From: Blastocatellia bacterium
GTDB lineage: Bacteria > Acidobacteriota > Blastocatellia > Pyrinomonadales > Pyrinomonadaceae
Direction: 5' to 3'
Assembly: GCA_033856235.1 (NCBI GenBank)
Contig: JAWVFI010000078.1
Span: 6,062 to 70,061, forward strand
Length of the DNA: 64,000 nt
Position numbers and translations under genes: made by a program
In this document: positions 1-10,664 of the stretch, one piece after another
Numbering within the stretch: the first letter of the stretch is position 1
Layout of the letters: each line of letters begins with the position of its first letter
The notes under the pieces: model-generated
What the model saw: the letters and a program-made list of their open reading frames with translations, nothing else
The model's database searches: none
What the model was told of the DNA's origin: nothing

Positions 1-362
1 ACGTAATCCCGGGCAATGATGACGCGCTACGCGCGGTTCGTCTTTTTGCCTCACGTATCGCCGACGCCGTGCTCGAAGGACAGCAGATGCTGACCGAAGG
101 CGCCGCTGAAGAGGGCGCTGTTTCCGAAGGCGGGCCGGCGAACGAAACTTCGGAAGGCGGAACGGTCGACGCTGGCAACGCTGAGGTCGCGGGTGTTCCC
201 GAAGCCCAGACATCCGCCCCCAGCGGCACGGATTTTGGAACAACCGGGCCGCAGCCTGAAGCGCCAGTTAACGGGGCGACCGCCGCCGGATCGAGCGCCA
301 GCGCACCGGAATCGGCCGAGGAAGAGGGCAAGAGCGCAGAAACTGTCGTCGCAGCTAGTTAA
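1..362 (+). CDS. rpsB: 30S ribosomal protein S2, C-terminal part (5' end outside the window)
   Basis: Frame 3 from nt 3 reads [28 protein letters not shown], the conserved S2 C-terminal motif. An Ala/Glu-rich tail runs to the stop at 360-362. The canonical rpsB-tsf-pyrH-frr order follows. Confidence 0.85.
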   Translation, partial: VIPGNDDALRAVRLFASRIADAVLEGQQMLTEGAAEEGAVSEGGPANETSEGGTVDAGNAEVAGVPEAQTSAPSGTDFGTTGPQPEAPVNGATAAGSSASAPESAEEEGKSAETVVAAS

Positions 363-389
363 TCAACCAAGACCAAGTTTTCGACGAGC

Positions 390-430
390 GCAGCCTCTCC
401 AGCGGAACACCTCCGCCAGGCTGCGTTTTT
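390..430 (+). terminator. Possible intrinsic terminator after rpsB
   Basis: The stem gcagcct (390-396) / aggctgc (418-424) is followed by gttttt. The loop is long (21 nt), so support is only moderate. Confidence 0.4.
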
Positions 431-465
431 GCTATACATAGCGACACAGACCCTGGTCTGTGGAC

Positions 466-528
466 GTAACGCAAACTTTAGTTTGCGGTTTGGGATACGC
501 CAAAGATGCAAACTGAAGTTTGCGTTAC
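466..528. repeat. Palindromic doublet: two GCAAACT-NNN-AGTTTGC hairpins in inverted orientation
   Basis: gtaacgcaaactt (466-478) is the reverse complement of aagtttgcgttac (516-528). Each arm carries its own hairpin (471-486, 508-523). A separate hairpin cacagacc/ggtctgtg lies at 445-462. Confidence 0.8.
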
Positions 529-552
529 ATAAAAGCAGGAAAGAGAGAAACA

Positions 553-1218
553 ATGGGAGACATTACGGCGAGCGGCGTTAAGTCGCTCCGAGAAAAAACC
601 GGCGCCGGCATGATGGAGTGCAAGAACGCCCTCACCGAAGCCGGCGGCAACGAGGAACAGGCGATAGACATTCTCCGCAAGCGCGGTTTGGCTTCAGCCA
701 AGAAGCGAGAAGGCAGGATCGCCGCGGAAGGCGCTGTCGGGTCATACATCCATATGGGTGGAAAAGTCGGCGTGCTGGTCGAAGTCAATTGTGAAACTGA
801 CTTCGTCGCTCGCAGCGAAGAGTTCCAGCAGCTAATCAAGGACATTGCGATGCATATTGCGGCGGCCGAACCTCGTTTTGTGAGCCGCGATGAAGTCACG
901 ACTGAGGCGTTGGATAAAGAGCGTGAGATTGCGCGCGCGCAAGCGCGGAACGATCCCAAGAACGCCAGTAAGCCCGACCAGGTGATCGATAAGATCGTCG
1001 AGGGTCGTCTCAATAAGTTTTATGAAGAGGCCGTCCTGCTGGATCAGCCCTTCGTAAAAGACCCGGCCAAGACCGTCGGCGAACTGGTTACCGAGAAAGT
1101 CGGAAAAACCGGCGAGAAGATAACTGTGCGCCGCTTCTCTCGATACAAGATGGGCGAGGGATTGGCGAAACGCGATGAGGATTTCGGAGGCGAAGTCGCC
1201 GCCTTGGCGGGAAACTAG
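553..1218 (+). CDS. tsf: Translation elongation factor Ts
   Basis: [45 protein letters not shown] is the typical EF-Ts N-terminus. The ATG at 553 is preceded by aggaaagagag. The ORF-track start at 520 would read through a hairpin repeat. Confidence 0.95.
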   Translation: MGDITASGVKSLREKTGAGMMECKNALTEAGGNEEQAIDILRKRGLASAKKREGRIAAEGAVGSYIHMGGKVGVLVEVNCETDFVARSEEFQQLIKDIAMHIAAAEPRFVSRDEVTTEALDKEREIARAQARNDPKNASKPDQVIDKIVEGRLNKFYEEAVLLDQPFVKDPAKTVGELVTEKVGKTGEKITVRRFSRYKMGEGLAKRDEDFGGEVAALAGN

Positions 1219-1289
1219 GGAAAAGGAATTCAGGTTGTCTGGGCCCGAATGACCTTCGGGCGTAACCTGAGTTTGGAAACCTGAAAAGC

Positions 1290-2057
<768 letters not shown>

Positions 2058-2119
2058 CGCGAAGTTTTCGTACCCGCGCCCGCACCGCTTCTTTCTGATC
2101 GCCGATTACGGAGAATGAT

Positions 2120-2680
2120 ATGAGCGAGAAGGATGTAATCAAAGAAACCCGGCCGCGCATGGAAGCGGTAATCGACGACGTGCGCCGGAAGCTGAGCACG
2201 GTTCGCACCGGCCGCGCCGCCATCAGTTTGTTGGACAATGTGATGGTTGATTACTACGGCACGCCCACGCCGCTCACGCAAATGGCTTCGGTCCATGCTC
2301 CCGAGCCGCAAATGCTGACCGTGCAGCCGTGGGACCAGACCCAGGTCGTTCCCGTTGAAAAAGCCATCCGGGCTGCCGATCTCGGCCTCAACCCCTCAAA
2401 CGACGGCAAGCTGGTGCGCATCCCGATTCCGCCGCTAACGGAAGAGCGCCGCAAACAACTTGCGAAGCAAGTGCATGAGATTGCCGAGGACCATCGCACC
2501 GCCGTGCGCAACGTTCGCCGGGACGCCAATGAACGCCTGAAGAAGATGTTCAAGGACAAAACCATTTCTGAGGACAACGAGCGAGACGGCCTCGAGGAAG
2601 TGCAGAAGCTGACAAATACTTTCATCGGCAGGATCGATGATCTCGCCAAGAGCAAAGAGCACGAGCTCATGAGTGTTTAG
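2120..2680 (+). CDS. frr: Ribosome recycling factor
   Basis: 186 aa with LSTVRTGRA and [14 protein letters not shown] motifs; follows pyrH. Confidence 0.95.
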   Translation: MSEKDVIKETRPRMEAVIDDVRRKLSTVRTGRAAISLLDNVMVDYYGTPTPLTQMASVHAPEPQMLTVQPWDQTQVVPVEKAIRAADLGLNPSNDGKLVRIPIPPLTEERRKQLAKQVHEIAEDHRTAVRNVRRDANERLKKMFKDKTISEDNERDGLEEVQKLTNTFIGRIDDLAKSKEHELMSV

Positions 2681-2758
2681 CGTCTGCCGGCCACAGGCAA
2701 AGACCGCCTGATGTGACTACCGGTTCGTGGCAGAGCAACTCCTAAACGGCAATCACAA

Positions 2759-3376
2759 ATGATCGCGCACCTTTCCGGAACTCTACTTTCCAAGCAACCG
2801 AATACCGTGATCGTTGACGTCGGCGGCGTAGGCTATGAACTAATCATACCGGTCTCGACCTTTTATGAATTGGAAGAAACCGGCGCCCACACGCAGCTTC
2901 GGGTTTACACGCACGTGCGCGAAGAAGCCCTTCAGCTTTACGGTTTCAAGACTGTCCGCGAGCGCGAACTCTTTCTGCAGATCATTTCCGTAAGCGGCAT
3001 CGGACCAAAGATAGCGATCACCCTGCTTTCGGGAATGAACGCGTCTGAAATCATCAATTCGATCCGCTCCAACAACCTCGCGCGCCTGACTTCGATCCCG
3101 GGCGTTGGGAGAAAAACGGCTGAGCGATTGGTGGTGGAGTTACGGGACAAGATTACCGCGCTCTCATCACCGGCGCTGGAAGAGGAAATTGCTGGCGAGT
3201 CCGGGGCCCGCGCGACGTCGCCGGATGTCATGCGCGATGACGCGCTCTCGGCACTGTTGAATTTAGGCTACCAGAAGACTGCCGCGGAAAAGGCGATCAA
3301 GTCCGCTATCGACGAAGGCGGCGAACTTTCTTTGGACGTAATCCTGCGCCGCGGCCTGCGTTCACTCTCGCGATAA
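2759..3376 (+). CDS. ruvA: Holliday junction branch migration complex subunit RuvA
   Basis: MIAHLSGTL...VDVGGVGYEL N-terminus and a SVSGIGPKIA helix-hairpin-helix; directly upstream of ruvB. Confidence 0.93.
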   Translation: MIAHLSGTLLSKQPNTVIVDVGGVGYELIIPVSTFYELEETGAHTQLRVYTHVREEALQLYGFKTVRERELFLQIISVSGIGPKIAITLLSGMNASEIINSIRSNNLARLTSIPGVGRKTAERLVVELRDKITALSSPALEEEIAGESGARATSPDVMRDDALSALLNLGYQKTAAEKAIKSAIDEGGELSLDVILRRGLRSLSR

Positions 3377-3439
3377 AACTCAGCAGGCACTATCTGGTGT
3401 TGACGATTTTTCAATTCCAAGTCACGATCCGTCTCGACC

Positions 3440-4483
3440 ATGTCGAACCAAGCTCAGCCGGCAGAAGTTAGGAATAGCCCTCCCTCCGAAGACGATAAGC
3501 AATACGAGCTATCGCTACGCCCTACCCGTCTGGCTGAGTACATCGGCCAACGTCAGGCCAAAGACAATCTGCGCATCTACATGAAAGCCGCGCTGGGCCG
3601 CAAGGAAGCGCTCGATCATGTTCTCTTGACGGGCCCGCCAGGCTTGGGGAAAACGACGCTGGCGCACATTATCGCCAATGAAATGGGGGCGGAGCTGCGA
3701 GGGACAGCCGGCCCAGCTATTGAGAAGACGGGAGACATCGCGGCCCTGCTTACCAACTTGCAGGAAGGCGACGTCCTGTTCATTGATGAAATTCATCGCC
3801 TGATTCCGGCGCTCGAAGAGAAACTCTACCCGGCCATGGAGGACTATCACCTGGACTTATTAATCGGCCAGGGCACCGCCGCGCGATCCATCAAACTGGA
3901 ACTGCCAAAGTTCACCCTGATAGGGGCGACCACGCGTGCAGGTTTGATTACCGCTCCTTTGCGCGGCCGGTTCGGGATCCAGTTCCACCTGGATTTCTAT
4001 CCGAACGAGGATTTAGAAGTTATCTGCAAGCGTTCAGCAGAAATCCTGGGCGTGGAAATTGATGAGGGCGGGAGCCGCGAAATCGGGCGGCGCGCGCGTG
4101 GCACACCCCGAATAGTCAACCGGCTATTGCGGCGCGTGCGTGATTATGCCGAAGTTGATTACGACGGCCGCATTACCGAAGATGTCGCCCGCGATGCCCT
4201 CAACCGGATGGAAGTGGACACCTACGGGTTGGATGAGATGGATCGTAAACTGCTGCTGACCATCATCGAGAAATTCGATGGCGGGCCGGTGGGCCTGGGC
4301 ACGATTTCCGCCTCCATCCACGAAGAGAAGGACGCAATAGAAGAAATCATTGAACCTTATTTGATCCAGATCGGATTTCTTAATCGCACCCCCCGTGGCC
4401 GGATGGCGACCCCCCTTGCCTACCAGCATTTCGGCCTCCGGACCAATCGGCCCGATAAGCCCAGCCTCTTCGATCAAGTGTAG
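3440..4483 (+). CDS. ruvB: Holliday junction DNA helicase RuvB
   Basis: [12 protein letters not shown], Walker [12 protein letters not shown], Walker [10 protein letters not shown], and the [16 protein letters not shown] sensor region. Confidence 0.96.
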   Translation: MSNQAQPAEVRNSPPSEDDKQYELSLRPTRLAEYIGQRQAKDNLRIYMKAALGRKEALDHVLLTGPPGLGKTTLAHIIANEMGAELRGTAGPAIEKTGDIAALLTNLQEGDVLFIDEIHRLIPALEEKLYPAMEDYHLDLLIGQGTAARSIKLELPKFTLIGATTRAGLITAPLRGRFGIQFHLDFYPNEDLEVICKRSAEILGVEIDEGGSREIGRRARGTPRIVNRLLRRVRDYAEVDYDGRITEDVARDALNRMEVDTYGLDEMDRKLLLTIIEKFDGGPVGLGTISASIHEEKDAIEEIIEPYLIQIGFLNRTPRGRMATPLAYQHFGLRTNRPDKPSLFDQV

Positions 4484-4503
4484 AACCAGAACGGGATCTT
4501 CCA

Positions 4504-5439
4504 ATGTCAGGTTTTGTAAAATGGCTGGCTTCCTTTACGCGTCACTCGTTCGGCGTTCGCAACGCTTCGCCCTGGATGACCATGATCGGTCACACCATTC
4601 ATGAGTTTGATGAGAACGATCTGTTCACGTCGTCCGCGGCGATGAGCTATTTCGGGATCCTTACTCTCTTTCCCGCGCTGCTTTTGCTGCTCGCATTGAG
4701 TAACTGGATCGCCGCCGGCAGCCAGATGCTGACCCATGTAGTCCAGGTTTACCCGGGTTCCAGCAAATTCCTCAGCGACACTATTCGGGCGCTTTCCCAT
4801 CTGGGCACCGGAGTAATCATCAGTTGTGTGATCGTCACCTTTTGGGCGGGCTCCTGGGTTTTTGCCGTGATCGAACGCGCCATGAGTCGCATTTGGCGCA
4901 CCACGCCTCGCACTTTTCTTCACGGCCGTGCCCTGACCCTGGGCATGATCGGCATCGTCGGATTGTTGCTTTCGCTGTCGGTGGTGGTGACGTCGGTGCT
5001 GGTAGGCTTCCAGGAGATCGCTCTGCGCCTCTCTCCGCGGCAACTGGAGAATTATAAACTGCTGGGCTCAGTAGGAAGTTTGTTCTGGCAACTCGTCTTC
5101 GCCTTGGTAAGCATCCTCATTACGATCACTCTCTTTGTTATCGTCTATCGTTTCATGCCGAATGCTTACGTGACGCTGCGCGATACGATCCCTGGCGCCG
5201 TGGTTGCCGGCTTGCTGTGGGAAGTGGCGAAGTACGTCTTTGCCTTGTGCGTCAATTACTTCCATTACGACGAGATCTACGGCTCCGTGGGTGCAGTCAT
5301 CGCCGTGCTCACGTGGGGTTATGTCTCGAGCATCGTGCTCCTGTTTGGGGCCCAACTAACGGCTGTCTTTCATTATGAACATACCGACCAGTTAGAAGCG
5401 GTGCCCGCACCCGCCGAAGGTATTGCGTCCGTGTCCTAA
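4504..5439 (+). CDS. YihY/BrkB (virulence factor BrkB) family membrane protein
   Basis: 311 aa and polytopic. The SAAMSYFGILTLFPALLLL motif and the C-terminal YGSVGAVIAVLTWGYVSSIVLLFGA are typical of YihY family proteins. Confidence 0.8.
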   Translation: MSGFVKWLASFTRHSFGVRNASPWMTMIGHTIHEFDENDLFTSSAAMSYFGILTLFPALLLLLALSNWIAAGSQMLTHVVQVYPGSSKFLSDTIRALSHLGTGVIISCVIVTFWAGSWVFAVIERAMSRIWRTTPRTFLHGRALTLGMIGIVGLLLSLSVVVTSVLVGFQEIALRLSPRQLENYKLLGSVGSLFWQLVFALVSILITITLFVIVYRFMPNAYVTLRDTIPGAVVAGLLWEVAKYVFALCVNYFHYDEIYGSVGAVIAVLTWGYVSSIVLLFGAQLTAVFHYEHTDQLEAVPAPAEGIASVS

Positions 5440-5472
5440 TGCTCTCAAAGCGTCCTAAGCTCCTTCCCTGAA

Positions 5473-6510
5473 ATGCGCCTGGCTGATTTCGATTACGATC
5501 TTCCCGACAAGCTAATCGCCCAGCAGCCGGCAGTTCAACGTGATGCCTCACGAATGTTAATTGTGGATCGGGCTAAGCAGACTTTCCATGATGCCTCCTT
5601 CCGCGACTTCCCTTCCTGCGTAGGATCCGGCGATCTGGTCGTGCTGAACAACACAAAGGTTTTCCCGGCCCGTCTGATTGGGAAAAGAGAGACTTCAGGC
5701 GGGCGCGTAGAACTATTTTTGATCCATGAAAGAGAGCCAGGCATTTGGGAAGCCCTGGTGAAACCCGGCCGTCGCATAACGGCAGGCGCCCGGATAAAGT
5801 TCGACAGGTCATCACTGCAGGCCGAAGTATTGCAATCCGTCGGAGAGGGAGTGCGGCTCGTTAGACTTACTTGCGACGGCGCGCTGGAGAAGGCATTCGA
5901 GGAAGCTGGGCAAGTTCCCCTCCCGCCGTACATCAAGCGTCCCGAAGGAAGTTTGGAGGATGATCGTGATCGTTATCAAACAGTTTACGCGCGTCATAGC
6001 GGGGCAATCGCGGCGCCTACTGCCGGTCTGCACTTTACACCCGCAGTTTTGCAGGCTGTAACTGACCGGAGCGCCGCGATCGTGGAGATTACGCTGCACG
6101 TTGGCTACGGCACGTTTGAACCGGTCCGGGTTCAGAACATCGCGCAGCACACCGTCGCACCGGAGCGATTTCAGATTGATACGGAATCTGCGGAAAAGAT
6201 AAATCGCACTCGGCGCTCTGGCGGGCGAGTAATTGCGATCGGCACAACCACCGCCCGGGCCCTGGAATCAGCGATTGATGGGGCTGGCAAGATCGCGACT
6301 GGAACCGACATCGCGCGGATTACCATTACCCCTGGGCATCAGTTCAGGTCCGTCGATGCGCTCTTGACTAATTTTCACCTCCCACAGTCTTCGCTCCTTT
6401 TGTTGGTGGCGGCGTTTGCTGGACGAGACCTGATCATGCGCGCCTATGCACATGCGGTGGCAGCTGAATATCGCTTTTACAGCTATGGCGACTGCATGTT
6501 AATTCTCTAG
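5473..6510 (+). CDS. queA: S-adenosylmethionine:tRNA ribosyltransferase-isomerase
   Basis: MRLADFDYDLPDKLIAQQP N-terminus, PLPPYIKR, AAPTAGLHFT and YRFYSYGDCMLI motifs. Confidence 0.95.
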   Translation: MRLADFDYDLPDKLIAQQPAVQRDASRMLIVDRAKQTFHDASFRDFPSCVGSGDLVVLNNTKVFPARLIGKRETSGGRVELFLIHEREPGIWEALVKPGRRITAGARIKFDRSSLQAEVLQSVGEGVRLVRLTCDGALEKAFEEAGQVPLPPYIKRPEGSLEDDRDRYQTVYARHSGAIAAPTAGLHFTPAVLQAVTDRSAAIVEITLHVGYGTFEPVRVQNIAQHTVAPERFQIDTESAEKINRTRRSGGRVIAIGTTTARALESAIDGAGKIATGTDIARITITPGHQFRSVDALLTNFHLPQSSLLLLVAAFAGRDLIMRAYAHAVAAEYRFYSYGDCMLIL

Positions 6511-6578
6511 GACCACGTGACGCTGACGAGGCGTCAAGCTATAATGGCGCACGCATCATTTCCGGGAACCAGGGAACA

Positions 6579-7136
6579 ATGGCAGTACTTAAGAAATTTC
6601 GTTCGCGTTGGTGGTCACAAAATGAGCCGCCCACTTCATACCCGGTTCCAGCCGAACCGGCGCTCGCTGCGGATCAAATCGGATCCGTTTACGACGTTCG
6701 CCCGCTGACCATTTCACAACTCGATGAGTGTTGGCGACTCGATCAGCGGTGTTTCGTTGATGGCGAGGCCTATAGCCGCGAGACCTTTGATTATCTGCTG
6801 ACGGCATCAGAATCTGTTTCTTATCGGGCAGTGACCACGGCGGGCGCTATGGCCGGTTTCGTGATTGGCCTGGTGGAACCGGATCACACCGGACACATCA
6901 CCACCATCGGAATAGCTCCCGAACACCGGCGGCGAGGAATCGCAAGTTCACTAATGCAGAAGGTGGAAAATGGGTTTCACCGGAGGAATGTACGGCTAGT
7001 GCGTCTGGAAGTTCGCGCCGCCAACGTTCCGGCTCAGAAGCTCTACCTCAACCTCGGCTACGCAGTCACGCAAAACCTTCCCAGATACTACTCAAACGGA
7101 GGCGACGGCCTCTTAATGGTGAAATCAATAGAATAG
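6579..7136 (+). CDS. GNAT family N-acetyltransferase (RimI-like)
   Basis: The acetyl-CoA binding motif IGIAPEHRRRGIASSLM, then LEVRAANVPAQKLYLNLGY. The N-terminal extension and exact start are uncertain. Confidence 0.75.
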   Translation: MAVLKKFRSRWWSQNEPPTSYPVPAEPALAADQIGSVYDVRPLTISQLDECWRLDQRCFVDGEAYSRETFDYLLTASESVSYRAVTTAGAMAGFVIGLVEPDHTGHITTIGIAPEHRRRGIASSLMQKVENGFHRRNVRLVRLEVRAANVPAQKLYLNLGYAVTQNLPRYYSNGGDGLLMVKSIE

Positions 7137-7154
7137 ACCAGCGGTGGTGCGATC

Positions 7155-7739
7155 TTAGCTGCGGCGCAGTTCGGTGAGTACCTGCTTAGCAACTGCTTTG
7201 AGGGTATCGAAGACTCCGACGCCAGTGGAGGCAACTGCCTCAACTACCGGTTCGCCCTTGCGCTGAAGTTCCCCGGTCATGTCTTCGGCAGAGACGATCT
7301 GGGGCAGGTCGCGTTTGTTGAGCTGCAAAGCGTAGGGCAACTTCATCAGGTCATAGCCCTGCGAGCTTAGGTTCTCTTCGAGGTTGTATAACGACTCGAT
7401 ATTCGCATCCATCCGCTCTTCCTGAGAGTCGGCAACGAATACAACTCCATCAACGCCCTTCAGAATCAGTTTCCGGGAAGCGTCATAAAAAACCTGGCCC
7501 GGAACGGTATAGAGGTGAAACCTGGTCTTGAAGCCACGCACGGTACCCAGTTCCAGAGGCATAAAATCAAAAAACAAAGTGCGATCCGTTTCGGTCGCCA
7601 AACTAATCATTTTTCCTCTGGATTGGGGGGCTGTAGAATCAAATATGTATTGCAGATTCGTCGTCTTCCCGCACAGGCCAGGACCGTAGTAGACGATCTT
7701 GCAGTTGATCTCTCGCGATGCGTAGTTGATGAAGGTCAT
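7155..7739 (-). CDS. mglA: Ras-like small GTPase MglA (gliding motility/polarity)
   Basis: [48 protein letters not shown] and NKRDL motifs; 194 aa; immediately downstream of a Roadblock/LC7 gene. Confidence 0.92.
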   Translation of the reverse strand: MTFINYASREINCKIVYYGPGLCGKTTNLQYIFDSTAPQSRGKMISLATETDRTLFFDFMPLELGTVRGFKTRFHLYTVPGQVFYDASRKLILKGVDGVVFVADSQEERMDANIESLYNLEENLSSQGYDLMKLPYALQLNKRDLPQIVSAEDMTGELQRKGEPVVEAVASTGVGVFDTLKAVAKQVLTELRRS

Positions 7740-7778
7740 AGTTCGTTTAATGATGCTCGGGGCTGTGAGCGTCGCACC

Positions 7779-8261
7779 TCATGAAAACAGGCTCTCGATG
7801 TCTTCATCGGTGATCTCGCCAAAGGGCAGATCCTCGCGTTGTTGGCGGTCCTCTGAACTTCGCTCGACCTCATCGAAAATGGCAGCCAGCTCTTGCGACA
7901 CCTGGCGGGAGCGAAGCTTGACCAATCCCAGGCTCGACCGTTCATCAAAGACCACTAACAGCAGCAGTCTGCCCACGACACTAATGTGAATGCTTTCATG
8001 CTCACCTTCGTGTGAGAGCGTGGGAAACTCTTTTTCCCCAATCAATTCTGCCATGCCACCGGTAGCCGCCACGTTTCCGGCTGCCAACGAAGCCAGGCTC
8101 GTGGTATCCAGACCTGCCACATCGCCGTGTGTGGCGATTTGTTGGCCGTCCTTGTCCACGAGAAATACCACTCGAGCTGAAGCGTCCAGGCGCAGACGCG
8201 CCAACACCGCTTTGATCCGGTGGTATTCGTTCTCCCGCATTACTATGGGACTGTCTGCCAT
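7779..8261 (-). CDS. mglB: Roadblock/LC7 domain protein MglB (GAP for MglA)
   Basis: 160 aa with a Roadblock/LC7-like core (VVFLVDKDGQQIATHGD...SLASLAAGNVAAT) and an acidic C-terminal tail; forms the conserved mglB-mglA pair. Confidence 0.85.
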   Translation of the reverse strand: MADSPIVMRENEYHRIKAVLARLRLDASARVVFLVDKDGQQIATHGDVAGLDTTSLASLAAGNVAATGGMAELIGEKEFPTLSHEGEHESIHISVVGRLLLLVVFDERSSLGLVKLRSRQVSQELAAIFDEVERSSEDRQQREDLPFGEITDEDIESLFS

Positions 8262-8633
8262 TAATACAGCTTCTTTTGCGTGCTCAGGACGAGTAGCGAA
8301 GTAGGTCGAACCGATTAACTGGCGGGGATTAGAATTGAGGGTTAAGTAGTTTACCCGGAAGGTCTTTCATTAACCCGCACGTAGACGAAAGACCCGTTTC
8401 AGCATTATTGATCCGGCCGAAACAACCGAAACTGACAGTAACATAGCGTACATAATCGCAGCAAGTGTTTTCCGGTGTTGACCAAAGCTTTCAAGAGTTC
8501 AACCATAAGACTCGTGGTGAAGCCGCAAACCCTACTCTTTAGTTGATTTAGAAGGAAGCCTATGTTAGAGTGCCGCGAGTCTTTCCAGGGCAACTCGTTT
8601 TGAGTTAGCCGTCCTTCGAAATCGGAGCTTTAC

Positions 8634-9518
8634 ATGAGTAGTCCTATGGTTAAGGGCGTCAAAAGGTCTCCGTTGCGCTCCACCTCTCGTCAATCTTCAG
8701 CGTCCACAAGTAAAAGCCGCACCTTGGCGGGCAAGTCGGTGCGTTTGAAGCCGATCACCAAACGTTCGGCTACCGGCAAAGCCCCAGCAAAAAAGGCTAA
8801 GAAAGCAGCAGCGGTTTCAGCGCCAAAGGGACGGGTCATTGCCAAGAAGAAAGTTGTAGCCGCGAAAAAACGTCCAGTTCCCAAGTCACAACCAGCGCAA
8901 AAAGCCCGAAAAGTGGCCCCGAAGGCCGCAATTCGATCAACTAAGTCCAAGCCCGTCAGGATGAAAGCCCTGAAGCCGGCACTGCGCAGAACGCCACCCC
9001 CATTACCTCCGCCCAAACCGAAACCCACGCGTGACGAGGCTGCGGCACTCAAGGACTTTCAAAAGGCCCACAAGGAATTTGTCATGGGCCGATTTGCTGA
9101 AGCTCGGAATCAGTTTCGCGCACTGGTTGAGAAGTATTCAGGTGTCTCTGAGGTAACCGCGCGAGCTCGAACCTACTTGTCTGTGGCTGAGACCCGTTTA
9201 CGTACAGAGACCATGTTGCCCCGCGACGCGGATTCCCTCTACGACCGCGGCGTGATTGAACTGAACCGGGGTGAATACGTCGCGGCACAGGAACTCTTTG
9301 AGCGTGCGCTCAAGCGAGAACCCACCGCCGGTCACGTTCATTATGGGTTAGCCGCAACTCGTTCCCGATTAGGATCGATCGACCTGGCTCTGGCGTCGCT
9401 ACGCAGTGCGCTTGACGCTCAGCCCAGTCTGCGCATCCGTGCTCAACATGATCAGGATCTCAATGCCCTCCGTACTGATCCTGACTTCGATAAACTAGTG
9501 TTTACCCCACGGCCTTAG
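8634..9518 (+). CDS. Lys/Ala/Pro-rich (histone H1-like) N-terminal region fused to a TPR-like C-terminal domain
   Basis: About 135 N-terminal residues of KKAKKAAAVSAPKG/AAKKRPVPK-type basic low complexity. The C-terminal region then shows TPR-like helix pairs (AEARNQFRALVEKY, YVAAQELFERALKREP). Divergent from mglBA. Confidence 0.6.
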   Translation: MSSPMVKGVKRSPLRSTSRQSSASTSKSRTLAGKSVRLKPITKRSATGKAPAKKAKKAAAVSAPKGRVIAKKKVVAAKKRPVPKSQPAQKARKVAPKAAIRSTKSKPVRMKALKPALRRTPPPLPPPKPKPTRDEAAALKDFQKAHKEFVMGRFAEARNQFRALVEKYSGVSEVTARARTYLSVAETRLRTETMLPRDADSLYDRGVIELNRGEYVAAQELFERALKREPTAGHVHYGLAATRSRLGSIDLALASLRSALDAQPSLRIRAQHDQDLNALRTDPDFDKLVFTPRP

Positions 9519-9638
9519 CTCGCCACGCATCGCTGCCCAGTTTTCCATTGCTCAACCTGCTGCCATCGTTTTGAGAGGCTTCTGCTTTTGGGTATCATTC
9601 CGTGACGACGTCCAGTCATTCGCGGGGAGGTCATAGAT

Positions 9639-10661
9639 TTGAGGACTGGTGAAACTCAGCGGGGTCTCAAGCTCGTCGCCATCGGCGGCGGTACCGGCCT
9701 GTCAACTTTACTGGCGGGTTTGAAAGAACTCGTGGGAATCGATCGCCGCGACGCCAGACTTGAAACCCTGTCAGCAATTGTGACCGTGTCGGATGATGGG
9801 GGCAGTTCGGGTCGACTTCGGGACGAGCTGCAGATGCTGCCACCGGGCGACATCCGGAATTGTATGATTGCGCTGTCGGAAGATTCCACTTTGCTGTCCC
9901 GACTGTTTCGACACCGCTTTCGTGGTTCCGGGGAATTAGGCGGTCACAGTTTCGGCAATCTATTTCTGGCGGCGCTAACGGAAGTGACCGGTGACTTCGT
10001 CGAAGCAGTCCGGCTATCTTCAGAAGTACTGGCGAGCAAGGGCCATATCTTTCCCGCCACGATTAATGATATTCGGCTGGTTGCTGACTTAGAAGACGGC
10101 ACGGAAGTGCGGGGCGAAACTCAAATCACCGCGTCGCGGGCGCCAATTCGCAAGTTGCGACTGGAACCGGAGACGTGCCTGCCGCTGCCCGCGGCCCTCG
10201 CTGCGATTCGCGCCGCGGATGTCATCACAGTGGGTCCAGGATCGCTTTACACCAGCATCCTGCCGAACCTTCTGGTCTCGCGCGTGGCCGAGGCCATCGG
10301 CAACTCCGCCGCGACGAAGATTTTCGTCTGCAACCTGATGACTCAGCCAGGCGAAACTGACGGGTATACTGGCGCCCAACATCTGGAAACCGTGCGCAGC
10401 TATGCTCCGGAAATTAGTTTTGACTTTGTAGTAGTCAACGATCGGAAGATTACAGCTGAACAGGCGGTGCGTTATGGGGCCGATGGGGCCCATCAGATTG
10501 AGGCTGAGAATATTGTGCTGGACAGCGGTGATACTGAGTTGGTGAAGGCCGACCTTTTGGATGATGATGAAAAGGTCCGCCACAATTCTGAAAGATTGGC
10601 ACAGGTAGTGATGGCTTGTCAGGACATAGCACACTCGATTGTTGGCGCCGGCATTCACTGA
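9639..10661 (+). CDS. yvcK: YvcK/GlmR (CofD-like, UPF0052) gluconeogenesis/cell-wall precursor regulator
   Basis: LVAIGGGTGLSTLLAGLK, VTVSDDGGSSGRLR and GPGSLYTSILPNLLV motifs. The TTG start at 9639 is uncertain. Confidence 0.88.
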   Translation: MRTGETQRGLKLVAIGGGTGLSTLLAGLKELVGIDRRDARLETLSAIVTVSDDGGSSGRLRDELQMLPPGDIRNCMIALSEDSTLLSRLFRHRFRGSGELGGHSFGNLFLAALTEVTGDFVEAVRLSSEVLASKGHIFPATINDIRLVADLEDGTEVRGETQITASRAPIRKLRLEPETCLPLPAALAAIRAADVITVGPGSLYTSILPNLLVSRVAEAIGNSAATKIFVCNLMTQPGETDGYTGAQHLETVRSYAPEISFDFVVVNDRKITAEQAVRYGADGAHQIEAENIVLDSGDTELVKADLLDDDEKVRHNSERLAQVVMACQDIAHSIVGAGIH

Positions 10662-10664
10662 TTC

